A stretch of DNA of 64,000 bases from Camelus dromedarius (lineage: Eukaryota), in NCBI RefSeq assembly GCF_036321535.1, contig NC_087436.1, positions 40,364,001 through 40,428,000 of the forward strand, in the 5' to 3' direction. The number at the start of each line of letters is the position of its first letter. Within the stretch, counting starts at the first letter, position 1. Of this stretch, positions 15,404-28,062 are shown piece after piece. A program made the translations under genes and the position numbers. The notes under the pieces are model-generated. The model saw only the letters and a list, made by a program, of their open reading frames with translations. It did no database searches and was not told the DNA's origin.

Positions 15404-15791
15404 TGTTACAGACTCAATGGCGTTCTCTCCAAATACGTATGTCAAAGTCTTAACCCCAAACATGATTGTATTTCAAGTCAGGGCCTTTAGGAAGACCGTT
15501 TGGGTTAAATGAAGTCATAAGGGAGAAGCCTTGACCTGATAGAATTAGTGTCCTTAAGTGAAGAGAAACACCAGAGTTCTTCCTCTCTGCACTTGTGCAC
15601 AAGGATAGGCTATGTGAGGAGCAGCCAGAAGGCAGCTTTCTATAAGCCGGAAAGACAGGAGTCCCCAAATCCAACCCTGCATTACCTTGATCTTGGACTT
15701 CCAGCCCTCAGACTGTGAGAAAATAAATTTTTATTGTTTATGCCTCTCAGTCTATGGTATTTTGTTCTGGCAGCTCTAACAGTCTAATAGA
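15404..15791 (+). mobile_element. MaLR solo LTR (MLT1A/B-like)
   Basis: tgttacagact...accttgatcttggacttccagccctcagactgtgagaaaataaattt...cagtctatggtattttgtt...ctaataga. Confidence 0.85.
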
Positions 15792-18160
15792 GTATGTTAG
15801 TCACAAATGAGTATCTTATGGTGCTGAGCTGTGTTTGTAGGTTAGCACCACCAGTCTAGCTGTTTACACACAGTTATCGGTAAGGGAAGGATGCCTGGAG
15901 ACAGAATTTGATCACAAGACTGGAGCTGCTTGGAGAGTGGAAGATTCATAACTGGATACTATAAGCAGAAAGATAAAACTGCTTCCTTGTGTGTTTATCA
16001 AAAAAATCCCCTCTGGGGATCTTGTTCCAGGAATAGGAAAAAAAAAAATTTCACAAAACAGTGGGTGTTAGTTATAGCCCTTTATAAATGGGCCTCAGAA
16101 ATAACCACACAATCATGCCACAGGAGATACTAGGTGGCACTGAAAATATGGGGAGTAAGTGGTCACAGATGATAATGATTTTCTGTCCACAAGTACAGAA
16201 GTTATTCAAGGAAAATTTGACATTGCTATTCCTTGCAGTTAGTGAAAAATACAGATTACCAAAGCAAGCTATACAGTAAGTCAGTAGATCAGCAAGCACT
16301 TCAGTGTGCTTTGTTTTTCTTTACGAATCAGAGTGCAGTTGCAGACAATATCCAGAATTTAACAGAGCATTGACTACATTTAGAACCTGTTCTCCATCAT
16401 GGCCCAGGCATTCATGGAGACATTCTCTTTGGTGTTATAGACCCTTCCAAGTGTTCCAACAAGGAGGATACTGATACTGTCAAAAGAAAGAAGGAACTGA
16501 GTATTGGTTGCTTGTTAAAGTCACACATAATTTCATGCATAGATAAATCCCATTACAATAATGGTAAGCCTATAAATCAATGCCAAAGGGAATACAGAGT
16601 GTGGTATTACTTATTTAGAGTTTAAAACATGTATAAATGTTATATATCTTATAGATGTATACAAATTTAATGACTTATGAGAAATGTTATAAAACAACTT
16701 AAAAATAATTGTGTTCTCTCAATAGGGAAGGGGGAAATAAAGTTGAAGAGGGATACACTATTATCAATGATACCAGAATAGTCTCTTTTCTTTAAAAAAA
16801 ATCTCATGCAGATATGAACCATTGATAGAATTAAATAGATTTAGAATGCTATTCTTTGTACTTAAAAATCAGAAAGTAAATAACTCAGAAATGTTTTAAT
16901 GCACAAATATAGGTAACATATTAGCACAAATCTTCTTTCCAACTTGTCATTTTTAAATCATAGTACTCTTTCAGAATATATTTACTGTTGATCTTGTTGC
17001 TATCATTGTAACTGAGCCTAACTATTCTTTCCTAAAAATAAAAGTTTTCAAAGTGTTATATTTAAATTCCTATTCAGTTCAGCCATATTTTCTATTTTTT
17101 CTAATGGTTTGTCATTTAAAACATAATTTCCCATTTGCAGGTCACATTGTTTTTATTTTTGCTGTTTTGTTGTAGTTCAGGTAAAGTTTAAGTATAGTTA
17201 GTTATAAAGATCTTAAGCACAAGAGTCCAGTTTGGTAAAATTTGGCAACCCATGTGTACATGACCATGTATCAAGAAATACAGAATGTTTTTATCATCCC
17301 AGAAAGTTCCCTTAAAAGTCCATTCCAGCAAATCCCATCTTGAGAAGAGAGAGAATCTTATGATCCTTTATTCTGTTTTACTGTTTTATTGGTCTATGGT
17401 CTAGCCTTACAACTTGAAATTAGATGTTGTAGGATATAAAATGTTTTTCAAGATTACTTTTGCTTCTAAGTCCTTGTTTCAGCATGTGAATTGTTCAGTT
17501 AGCTTCTCAATTTCTATAAAATCCTCTACTGATTTTTATTGGAATTGCATTCAGTCACAGATCCATTCCATTCCATGAATAGTCTCAGGATATACTTCTT
17601 GCATGTCTTTTGTTAACTTTATTCTTAAGCAACCTGACAATGAAAGTGTTTTGACAACATTTGTAATTGAAATTTACTATTTTAATTTGCCAAAAACATA
17701 AACAAAGAGACAGAATGTTAGGAGAGTGTGGGATTTGGCAAAGCAGACTCTGCGGAAACATTCAATTGAAGTCTTAAAGCACAGGGTTTGCCGAGGTTAT
17801 CTGATCATAAAAGTATAACAGTGGTGGTCATAAATTCCTTGTCACAGCACACACACAACAATGGTACTCAGGAGTAAAACATTCTGCAGTTCTAAGAAGT
17901 CCTTGTTATTTTCCCCATTAATCAGTACTTGCTACCAGGCTGAAAGTGCAAATTAAAAAAGCTGATGGAACGCCCAGTGAAAGAGAGATAAGGAGTTAGG
18001 TGCTTGTGATGGCAATGAAGATATATGTGGCTATAAGTGAGTTAAGTTGACTCCAGATCAATAATGTACATTTTTGAAAATTGCTTTTGCAAAGGAAAGG
18101 ATGAAGAGGTAGGACCCAATTCTTTTTGCAGCACAAAAACTATGCTCAAAAGCCAATTTC

Positions 18161-18296
18161 TATATTCAATAGCTTGTAATAACCTGTAATGAAAAAGAAT
18201 ATATATATATATGTAAAACTGAATCACTGTGCTGTTACACCAGCAACTAACACAGCATCGTAAACTGACAATACCTAAATTAAAAAAAAAATGAAA
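18161..18296 (+). mobile_element. Short L1 3' end with TSD
   Basis: tatattcaatagcttgtaataacc...actgaatcactgtgctg...polyA. TSD aaaagccaatttc (18148-18160) / aaaagtcaatttc (18297-18309). Confidence 0.85.
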
Positions 18297-19272
18297 AAAA
18301 GTCAATTTCAAATGAAAGCAAAGACTAATTGCAAGCAAAGGAGTTATGAGATCACCAGAGGGAAGTTAAACACATGGCAACATGGTTTGTTAGAAAGTTT
18401 GTTAACAATCAGATTTCTAAGGTGTTGTTGTACTTTTGCGAGTCTGCTCTCTTCATCATTGTTAACACTAAATGGAAGAAACTGGGTATTTTTTTTTTTT
18501 TTTGGCTTTTTACATTTTGGTTTCTGATATGGATAGTATATTTTAGTGGGGAGAGAAAGGTACCATTTGTGCACTGAGTGGGTGGAAGTTATGATTTACC
18601 AGATAAAAGTAAACACTCTGGAAAGTAGTTTACATTTATTAGAAGAATTTCCTTGTGATGATAAATTTGAATGCAAAGTAATCAAACAAATTTTCATGAT
18701 TTGCATATGTTTTTATTTCAACTCCTTATTGACATGAGTCATTTTCCCTAAATAAAATTAACACCCAGAGCATGTTTTCTGTTTTCTGCTTGAGGCTGCT
18801 TTAGCTACTGAATCCATCAAATGAGAATGCCATCAATTCACCAAAACATGTCTTTTATTTAGTTTCTTCCAGAAACACTACTCATTCTACTTAGTTTATA
18901 TGGGTTTCCAAACAGCAAAATTAATCTTCCACACAAAGATTTAAAATTTATCTCTCTGAAATTACTGCTTCAAATCATACTCCTCCCCACCTTTAGTATG
19001 TAACATAGGCAAAAGGTCATTCTTTTTAACACTGCTATTTATATAGAATACTTTTTAAAATAATAACATCTACTTGCTTATTATTGTGCTTTTATTATTT
19101 TATTTTACTATTATATGTCATAGAATTTTAGAAAGTGGAACTGAAGCACACTTTAGAAATTTTCTAGTCTAAATTATTTTCTTTCAGTTTAGGAAAACCC
19201 TATAAAGTTAAGCAATTTATCTAAAGCTACTCAATAAATTAGTGCCAGAACCACTGTAAGAGGTTAAGATTT

Positions 19273-19390
19273 TGAGGGGTGGGGGAATAGCTCAGTGGTA
19301 GCTATTCTCATGCATGAGGTCCTGGGTTTAATCCCCAGTACCTCTATTAAATAAATAAAGTAAAAAATAAAAATAAAGTCTATTTAGAAA
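19273..19390 (+). mobile_element. tRNA-derived SINE (Vic-1-like) with 15-bp TSD
   Basis: A box tagctcagtggta, B box ggtttaatccc, A-rich tail. Perfect TSD aagaggttaagattt at 19258-19272 and 19391-19405. Confidence 0.9.
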
Positions 19391-19419
19391 AAGAGGTTAA
19401 GATTTATTCTTAATTCAAT

Positions 19420-21395
19420 TTTTTTAAAAATGAATGTTGAGAACAAATTTAGTGCAATAAAATCTAACCATTTGTTACTACTACCACAGTCAAGACATAA
19501 CACTTCTATCACTAGAAAAAGTTCCCGAGAAACTTGCCTCAATTCTTATAATCTACCACCCCAGGCAACTCCTGATTGTATGCCATCATGCACATTTGTC
19601 TGAATAGATTTGTCTTTCTTTAGCTTAATAGAAATAGAATTGCAAAGTATGTACTATGTGTGTGTGCTTCTTACGTTCAGCATATTTTTAGATATTAATC
19701 CATAAATTATCCTTTTCATTGCTAAGCAAAATTACACCCTGTAGATACAGCACAATTTATTTATGCATTCTTCAGCTGATGGACATTTTGGTTGTATCCA
19801 ATTTTTTGTTGTTATGAATAATGTGGCTATGAATATTTGTATATGTCTTTTCTGCAGATTTACATGTCATTTCTTCTGGGTAAATGCTTTGTGAAGGAAT
19901 TGGTGGATCGTGTTGCAAGTTTATGTTTAAAAGTAAATTTATGTTATAAAGTAACTTTATGAAAATCCCATGAACTGTTTTCTAAAGTAGTTGGGCGACT
20001 TTATAATCCCACCAGGAATGTATAAAAGTTCACATCACATTATATCTTTGATAATGTTGAAATTATCAACATTTTAAAAATCTTTGCTATTCTATGAGAT
20101 ATGTAATAGTATCTAATCATGATTCTAACTCTGTAACTGCCTGGTGGCTAGTGATACTGAATATCTACTCTTGGGCTTATTATCTATTTCTGTATCCTCT
20201 TATGAGAAATGTCTGTTTAAATCATTTAAAAATCATATTTCATTGCTTTTTTAAAAAATAAATAACTTACTAGAATTCTTTATATAGTCTGGATATAATT
20301 CTTTTTTGTCAGATACCTATAGTTTCTCTATATTCTACCAATTTATGCCTTTTTATTCTCTTAGTGGTGTCTGTTGAAGATGAGAATTAATTTTGATAAA
20401 ATACAATTGATCATATTTTCTTTCATGATTCATCCTGTTGTGCTCTTTCTAAATATTTTTGCCTACTCTAAGACCACAAAGGTGTTCTGTATTTTTTCTT
20501 TTTTTTTTTTTTTAATTGAAGTATAGTCAGATTTGCAGATACTGACTGGTATATATAAAATAGCTACACAAGTTTATACTGTGTATTTTTTTTTATCTTG
20601 AAAGTTTTTTAAGCTTTTAAGTTAGGCCCAACATCCATTTTGCATACATTATTTTTGTATATGATGTGAAATAAGGGTCAGGGTGTTTTTTTTTTTTTTT
20701 CATATGACTATAAAGTCATCCAGCACCCACTGTTAAAAACAAAACAAATAATATTCCTTTCTCCATGCAATATCATTTCCAGTTTTGTAGAAAATTAATT
20801 GACTACATATGTTGTGTTCTGGTTCTGGACTATGTATCCTGTTCCGATCATATTTATGCCTACCGTTATACCATACCATGTATATTCATTGTAAGTCTTG
20901 AAATCAGGTACTTTAACACATGTAACTTTTTTCTTCTTTTTCAAAATTATTCTGTCTATTCTAACTGTGTCACATATCTATAAAAAGTTTAGAACTAGTT
21001 TAAATTTCTACAAACAAAACCTTACTGAGATTTTGATGGAGATTGCATTGAATCTATAAATCAATTTCAGGAGAAGTGACACACTAACAATATTGAGCTT
21101 TCTGATCCTTGGACAAGTTATCTCCATTTGCTTAGTTCTTTAATTTCTCACTGCAAGATTTTGTAGATTTCAGTGTACAGATTATGTTTTGTTACATTTA
21201 ACACTAATTTTTTAATATTTTCTGATACTAGTAATTAGTATTTGTCTTAAGTTTTTATTTTTAATTTTTGGTATTATAAATGATATGCATATAGTCTTGT
21301 ATATTGATATATAGTCTTATCCCTTGAGTAATTTATTTTTTCCACTAGTATTTTTACAGTGCACTTAGGGTTTTTAATATAAACAATTATGTTGT
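19420..21395 (-). mobile_element. Old L1M fragment (3'UTR plus ORF2 3' part)
   Basis: Typical antisense L1 phrases: cagctgatggacattttggttgtatcca; gagattttgatggagattgcattgaatctataaatcaattt; ctaacaatattgagctttctgatcc. Confidence 0.8.
20499..20581. mobile_element. Tiny young L1 3'-end insert with internal inversion
   Basis: poly-T + aattgaagtatagtcag (antisense L1 terminus) is fused to the sense 3'UTR piece atttgcagatactgactggtatatataaaatag...aagtttatactg. Flanked by tgtatttttt at 20488-20497 and 20582-20591. Confidence 0.7.
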
Positions 21396-21412
21396 ATTTT
21401 AATAAACAACCA

Positions 21413-21636
21413 GGGTGGGTGAGGGTATAGCTCAGTGGTAGAGCACTCACTTAGTGTACACAAGATCCTGAGTTCAATCTCCAGTACCTTTATTTTAAAA
21501 AATATGGATAAAAGGCCATAGGCAAGACATAAAATTCTGAGGATGTAAACACAAACCACTACCATACTACTTAAAAAATAATAAATAATTTAAAATAAAT
21601 GAAAAATAATAATAGATAATAAAATAAATTATTAAA
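21413..21636 (+). mobile_element. tRNA-derived SINE (Vic-1-like) with extended 3' part and 12-bp TSD
   Basis: gagggtatagctcagtggtagagc...gagttcaatctccagtacc. TSD aataaacaacca at 21401-21412 and 21637-21648. Confidence 0.88.
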
Positions 21637-21639
21637 AAT

Positions 21640-22035
21640 AAACAACCAAAATGTCTATCAACTGTTGAATACATAAATAAAATGTGCTATATCTAAGTGA
21701 TAGAATATTATTCAGGAATAAAAATGAATGAGGTGCTAATACATGCTGTGACATAGCTGAGCTCAAAAACATGCAAAGTGAAAGAAGCCAGGCATAAAAA
21801 AATACATGTTATATGTTCCACTTATAGAAATTTTCAGAAGTGTCATGTCTGTAGAGGCAAAAAGTAAAAAGTGTTTAGAGAGAAGGTGGGAATGGGGAGT
21901 AACTACTGATGGGCATGAGACTTTTTTGGAGTGATGGAAATATTCTGAAATTAGATTGTGTTGATGGTTGCACAACTCTGTAGGTATACTTTACGTGAGT
22001 GAATTTTTGTAGCATGTATAATACATATTACTAAA
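21640..22035 (+). mobile_element. L1MB-like 3' end
   Basis: aaacaaccaaaatgtctatcaactgttgaatacataaataaaatgtg...gagtgatggaaatattctgaaattagattgtgttgatggttgcacaactctg, ending in an A/T tail. Confidence 0.8.
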
Positions 22036-23009
22036 ACTGTTATTTTTTTAAAAAGTAAATGCCCAATGAATAGATTTAGTAGTTATTTCAGATTTGATTG
22101 TGTGTATATCTTTATGTGTGTGTATATATATACCTTTTGTTTACATTTTGTTTACAAAAAGACCTAAGCAATCTTTGTAATTCATATTTTGGTGAATCAT
22201 TGTGTGAGCCACTAATATTCTTGCATTGTATGATCTGGTTTTATACTTAAGTTATTATAGCTTAAGCATAGTTATTATATCATAGCTTAAGCATATTCAG
22301 GAGACTCTATGATTAATGTTAATCATCTACAACTGTAGTAACTTCATATTGACAGTAGTCTGGGATTTTGATGTATAATAACTAACTTCCTGGCACTGTT
22401 GGCCTGAAATTAGCTGAATACATCTGGGCTGAGCAAAAAGAGAACATTTCCTTGAACTGGAGGAAGGAATCACCTGGAGGAGGACAAGCAATCGAGAAGT
22501 TTGCTAGTTGCATCATATTACTGTGTTGTATGTCTGTTGAAAGTGGATAGAGTTAAATTAAGGCATTCGAACGTCCACCTGTATCAGTGGTTCTTTAAAC
22601 TTTGCTGTGCACAATCATCTAAGGACTTCTTAAAAAGAAAAGATCCTTGAACCCTAGCCATCATTAGACTGCCATGGAGCCTCTTTCCTAAATGTTAAAT
22701 GATGCCCAAGGCTATTTAACGTATACAATTTAATCAATAATAACATGAAGATTTAAAGTAAATTTACAGAAAATGGGGGATATTCAAGCTATAATATCTA
22801 TTTATTCCTGACTCATATTTTATTATATGATATTATAATGTTTCCAAAAGGATGAGTTGTAAAGGAGGATTTATAAACTGGAAGACAATATGGCCCTCAT
22901 GTCATAATTCCTTACATAATTTCTAACAATTTAAAAAATTATTTTAAAGAAATAATCAGAAATAAGTTATCCACAAAGAAAACTGTAAATGCATGTTGGC
23001 ATGTGTTAA

Positions 23010-23063
23010 CAGGAAGGAAGGAAGGAAGGAAGGAAAGAAGGAAGGAAGGAAGGAAGGAAGGAA

Positions 23064-23133
<70 letters not shown>

Positions 23134-23187
23134 AGGAAAGAAACAGAGAAAGGAAAGGAAAGAAAAGAAGGAAAGAAAGAAAGAAAA
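23010..23187 (+). repeat. Compound (GGAA)n/(GAAA)n microsatellite
   Basis: Directly visible, almost purine-only ~180 bp tract. Confidence 0.98.
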
Positions 23188-23319
23188 TAGGGAAACTTAA
23201 GAAAATAAAACTAGAAGAATCTCAGAAAATATGCTGTGATCTGGAAGACTGAATAGTAGCCAGCCACTAAACACATCTTGAATTATAATGTCCAATTATG
23301 TGATAAAATACTGCTTAGG

Positions 23320-23530
23320 AGAACATGGAGCTGGCTTTCAATCTTGCCTTGACCTGCCTTTAGTAAGATGGAAATCTGGGTGATTTACAGAACTTACCCA
23401 AATCTTGATTACATTTTCCATGGGAATGGTGTAAACAATTGCTTGAGCATTAAATAAGATGGTATTTGTAAAACATTTAAGTCATTTCCTGGTATAGAGT
23501 AATTGCTCATTACATGTTAGCTATTACTAT
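23320..23530 (+). mobile_element. MIR SINE, degenerate
   Basis: tgtaaaacatttaag...cctggtatagagtaattgctcattacatgttagctattact resembles the MIR 3' end. Confidence 0.55.
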
Positions 23531-23569
23531 CTGTTCTCTGTGAGGTAATGTATGGGATATGTTTGTGTA

Positions 23570-24060
23570 TATGAGAGCTAATTTTATGTGTCAACTAGAC
23601 GAGGCCAATGGAATGCCCCAATATCAGGTTAAATATTACTTCTGAGTGTGTCTGTGAAGGTGTTTCAGAAAGAGATGAGCATTTAAATTTGTGGAGTGAG
23701 TCAAGCAGATGGCCCTCTCCAGTGTGGATGGGCATCATCCAACCTATTTATAATTCAAATAGAACAAAATGGTGGGGGAAAGCTGAATTCTCACTCTCTG
23801 ACTTCTTGAGACTTTGATCTTTTCTTGTTCTTGGACAGGCACTTATGCCATTACCACTCCTGGTTCTCAGGCATTTGGACTCAGACTGAAATTTATACCA
23901 CCAGCTTTCCTGGGTTGCCAGCTTGCAGACAGTAGATCGTGGGACTTAGTCTACATAATCACGTGAGTCAATTCCTTATGTTAAATATCATATGTTTATT
24001 TAAATATATATATTACATGTATTCTATTTGATGTTTCCTTGGAGAACAGTAACTAATACA
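23570..24060 (+). mobile_element. ERVL solo LTR (MLT2-like)
   Basis: taattttatgtgtcaactagac...gagtgtgtctgtgaaggtgtttc...ggttctcaggcatttggactcagactgaa...ggagaacagtaactaataca. Confidence 0.85.
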
Positions 24061-24489
24061 GTGTGTGTGTGTGTGTGTTTCTAGAGAGAGGGAAAGGCAG
24101 AGCCAGAGAGGTGGAAAGAGACAGTGACAATAAGAGCTATATATACCAAAAAATAACAGTAGATGTACTCAAACTGAGAAGAACAAATGTATTTTTGCTC
24201 TTTATTTTCCCAAAGTTTTACAAAATATAACATGATGCTATGGAAGGAAAAAGCCTTTATTTTTAAAAGAAAAATTGGAGAAAAGTGTGTTTTCCTGAGA
24301 AACTTAATTGCTATTAATATTGTGAGGAAGATAAACTCTGTGTATACCACTCATTCATATAAACAAATGCAAAAGAGTTGGAAAGCTATTATATTTGTAT
24401 CTTCTAATTATTTAGAAAATATTGTATTGTCTCTATTTACATCCACTTTTTTTGCAAGACAAGGACTCTATTAATTATAGCTCTGTTTA

Positions 24490-25450
24490 GAAGCATGAAA
24501 GGGTATCAGATTTTGCCAAATGTTTTTTCTGCATCTACTGAGATGATAATATGATTTCTATCTTCCATTCTGTTAATGTAGTGTGTCATATTGATTGATT
24601 TGCCATTGTTGCATCCCAGGGGTAAATCCCACTTGATCATGGTATATACTCCTTTTAATGTGCTTAACTCGGTTTGCTAATATTTTGTTGAAGATTTTTG
24701 CAACCATGTCCACCAAGAATCTTGGCTTATACTTTTCTTGTGTTTTTGTCTAGTTTTGAGGTCAGGGTGATACTGTCCTTACAGGATGAGTTGGAAATGT
24801 TCCCTCTTCTATTTTTTCTGAAGAGTTGAAGAAGGATTGATATGAACTCTTCTTTAAATGTTTATTAGAATTCACTGTAAAGCCATCTGGTCCTGAAGTT
24901 TTTTGGTTAAGAAGTTTTGTATTGGCAGTTCAGTCTTATTTGTTACTGGTTTGTTGAGGTTTCCTACTTCTTCATGATTTAGTCTTAAGAGATTCTGTGT
25001 TTCTAGGCCTTATCTATTTCTTCTGGGCTAATCTGTTGGCATAAAATTGTTAACGAGAGTCCCTTATAATATTTTCTATTTCTGTGACATCAGTTGTAAT
25101 GTCTCTTCTTCAATTCTGTTCAATTTATTTGAATATTCTTTTTTTCTTGATTAGTCTAGTTAAGGGTTTGCCAATTTTATTTGTCCTTTCAAAAAACCAA
25201 TTCAATATTTCTAGTCTCTATTTTATGCATTTCTGCTTCAAGCTTTGTTATTTTCTTTCTTCTGTTAACGTTGGGCTTCGCTTATTCTTTTTCTAACTCA
25301 TTAAGGTATAAAGTTGGGTTGTTTATTTAAGACCTTCCTTCTTTTTTAATGTAGCTGTTTATCACTATAAATGTCCCTCTCAGAACTGCTTTTGCTGTAC
25401 CCTATAAGTTTTGGTATGTCATGTTTTCCTTTTCATTTGTCTTGAGGTAT
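24490..25450 (-). mobile_element. L1 ORF2 internal fragment (linker/RT region)
   Basis: caaatgttttttctgcatctactgagatgat; ttgcatcccaggggtaaatcccacttgatcatggt; aagccatctggtcctg; actgcttttgctgtaccc. Confidence 0.85.
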
Positions 25451-26514
25451 AAGCAGACTGATGTAGCAAGGCCTCCAAGAGCTAGTGTAGCATTTTGAAA
25501 TGATTCAGTCATTTTAATAACGAATTTGTTTTGGGACCTGCATAAATTCATGTACCTCTCTAACTCCCTTTATATACACTACTGCACTGAGTAATTTGGA
25601 TTTTCTTTCAAATATTAGAAACTTGGGTATGTAGAAAACAGAATTATAATCATCTAATGTGTCAAAGAAAACAAAAAGCAAAAAATACAATGTCCCATAT
25701 CTTGGATTTTTTTAAATACCTTTTTTTTTTTTTAACCCCTTGGATGGAAGATTAGCTTATAGCAGATCTGAATTACTATGAAGTGTGATTTTAGGAGCCT
25801 GGTTTTTGGACTTCCCAAGAAAGTCACTTTTACTTCAAGTAAGCAATCTGGGACTGGGCTATTAATGAGTTTTACAAAATTAAATTGAGCACTCTGGCAT
25901 TAGACAGGGAAGAAGTTCTGTTATATCCCAGGTTAAAACACGCATCACATGTTGAGCTCTTCTCATTAAACTCAAATATACTGGCCAACATTTAAAGGGT
26001 GAAAATAAAAGCTAAGCAGGCTTTTACTTCCAAATATAATCAAGTAACAGGGTCAGGACTTACATTCCACTGTGCACAACTAGAAAACTGAGCAAAAAAT
26101 ATATTAAAAAATATTTGCAGATATTGGACAACAAGCAGCACAGAATTGCTGTGAGTCTTGTACCCTGCTGGCTGTCACATCCCAGGCCAGGGAGCAGGGG
26201 TGTGGATCCCAAACAGAGTCTGATGATCCCCCTAAGGTGAGGAGATCAGAATTTGGAGAGGCTGAGTCAAATGTCTGTAAGTTGCAAAACAGAGTCCCAC
26301 AGAGATAGAAGCCATGCTGGAAAAATGCACAGGCATCCCATTGAGTCAGCCGACGACTAAGCCTTGCAGGTATCAGGCAAGATTACACGAAGCTTTGGAA
26401 AGAACTCACTTTGGGCAGAGACATGTTTAACCTGCTGAGCAGAAAGTGCTTGTTCATCACCTGGGGCTTGGAGAGGAGATCCCAGAAGGGCCAAATGTTA
26501 GAAGTAAGGGCAAA

Positions 26515-27012
26515 TGATATCACTTATATGTGGAATCTAAAAAAAAAAAAATGACATGAACTTATTTACAAAACAAAAACAGACTCACAGACATTAAAAA
26601 ACAAACTTATAGCTACTAGGGGGAAAGAGGTGGGGAGGGATAGATTGGGAGTTGGAGATTTGCATATACTAACTACTATATATAAAATAGATAACAACAG
26701 GAAATTATATTCAATGTCTTGTAATAACATACAATGGAAAGTATATTCAATGTATACTACTGTATAGTACAGGAAACTATATTCAATGTCTTGTAATAAC
26801 ATACAATGGAAAAGAATATGAAACTATATTACAGGACTGTATAGTACAGGAAACTATATTCAATGTCTTGTAATAACATACAATGGAAAAGAATATGAAA
26901 AGGTACATATATATGAATATATGTATAACTGAATCACTATGCTGTACATCAGAAACTAACACAACATTGTAAATTGACTATACTTCAATTAAATTTTTTT
27001 AAAAATTAAAAA
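26515..27012 (+). mobile_element. Cetartiodactyl-type L1 3'UTR with internal triplication
   Basis: gatatcacttatatgtggaatctaaaaaa...gaacttatttacaaaacaaaaacagactcacagac...ctatacttcaatt + A-rich tail. Homologous to 47530-47900 in this window. Confidence 0.88.
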
Positions 27013-27091
27013 AGGAAATAAGGGACAATTATCCCTAGATTGAAAGCTGCTATGGATCCACCCGCTGGAAGATTTAACGTAAGCCTCTAAG

Positions 27092-27739
27092 CAGGGGTGC
27101 ACCGACTTCATCATGGGCCAGCCAGGAGACATTTCAGGTTTGGCAGGCCACAGATATCCATTGTGTGCTCTTCTTTATTTTTGTATTGCTTTGTTTTTAA
27201 AATCCTTGAAACACATGTATTGGTTTTGGGGGGCTGATATAAAAAATTACTACAAACTGGGTGGCTTAAAACAATAGAAGTTTATCCTCTCCCAGTTTTG
27301 AAAGCTAAAAGTCTGAAATCAAGATATCGACAGGCATGCTCATTTGGAAGGCCCTAGAGAAGAATCCTTTCCTGCTCTTCAAGCTTCTGGTGGTTACTGG
27401 CAATCATCAGTGTCCTTGGTTCGACAATGCCTTACTCCAGTCTCTGTTCCTTCTCCACATGGCCTTCTTCCCTGTGTGTATCCATCTCCCTGTGTCTTTG
27501 TCACTTTTTATATGGAGATGAGTGACTGGAGTTAGGGCACGCCCAATCCAAAGTGACCTCATCTTAACTTGATTACATCTGCAAAGAATATTTCCAAATA
27601 AGGTCACATTAACAGGATAGACATAAATTTGGGGTGGGGGGAGAAGACACTGTTATGAAAACCATTCTTAGCTCAAAGGCCTTACAGAAACTGGCCACAG
27701 GATGGATTCAGCTCATTGGCCATGGTTTGCTGACCACTG
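27092..27739. mobile_element. hAT-Charlie MITE (MER58-like) split by MLT1
   Basis: Ends caggggt... and ...gtttgctgaccactg form an imperfect TIR. Internal tttcaggtttggcaggccaca and aaaccattcttagctca...ccatggtttgctgacc. Confidence 0.65.
27216..27652 (-). mobile_element. MaLR solo LTR (MLT1B/C-like) nested in a MER58-like element
   Basis: tacaaactgggtggcttaaaacaatagaagtttatcctctcccagttt...gacctcatcttaacttgattacatctgcaaag...tttccaaataaggtcacatt. Confidence 0.85.
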
Positions 27740-28024
27740 GTATTTGGACTGTAACTTTAAAAGAAACAGAGTAAACTGAAAGACTTCATTTCCCAATATG
27801 TGACTTAACTGTGGAAAGCTCAAATATTTCAAAAAATCATTTAAAAATACTAGTGTATTTTGTCACGTGTAGCCTACCACGAACTGCTATCCAGTTAGAG
27901 AAGCTCGAGGCAGAGTAAGGTAGAAAGCACCCTAATAATACTTAATTAGAACAGTTCTGTCAAGCTAGGGGAAAGCACCACAGACTGAAGTGGTTAGGAC
28001 ACTTATTTTTAGCTCAAAAACCAA

Positions 28025-28062
28025 AAATAAATAAATAAGTAAATAAATAAATAAATAAATAA
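28025..28062 (+). repeat. (TAAA)n microsatellite
   Basis: aaataaataaataagtaaataaataaataaataaataa. Confidence 0.9.

Noticed and set aside
22993..23200. K/E/R-rich ORFs
   Set aside because: Translations of the GGAA/GAAA microsatellite.
26697..26901. Repeat-spacer pattern superficially like a CRISPR array
   Set aside because: Mammalian DNA, the unit is L1 3'UTR, the spacers derive from the unit itself, and there are no cas genes.
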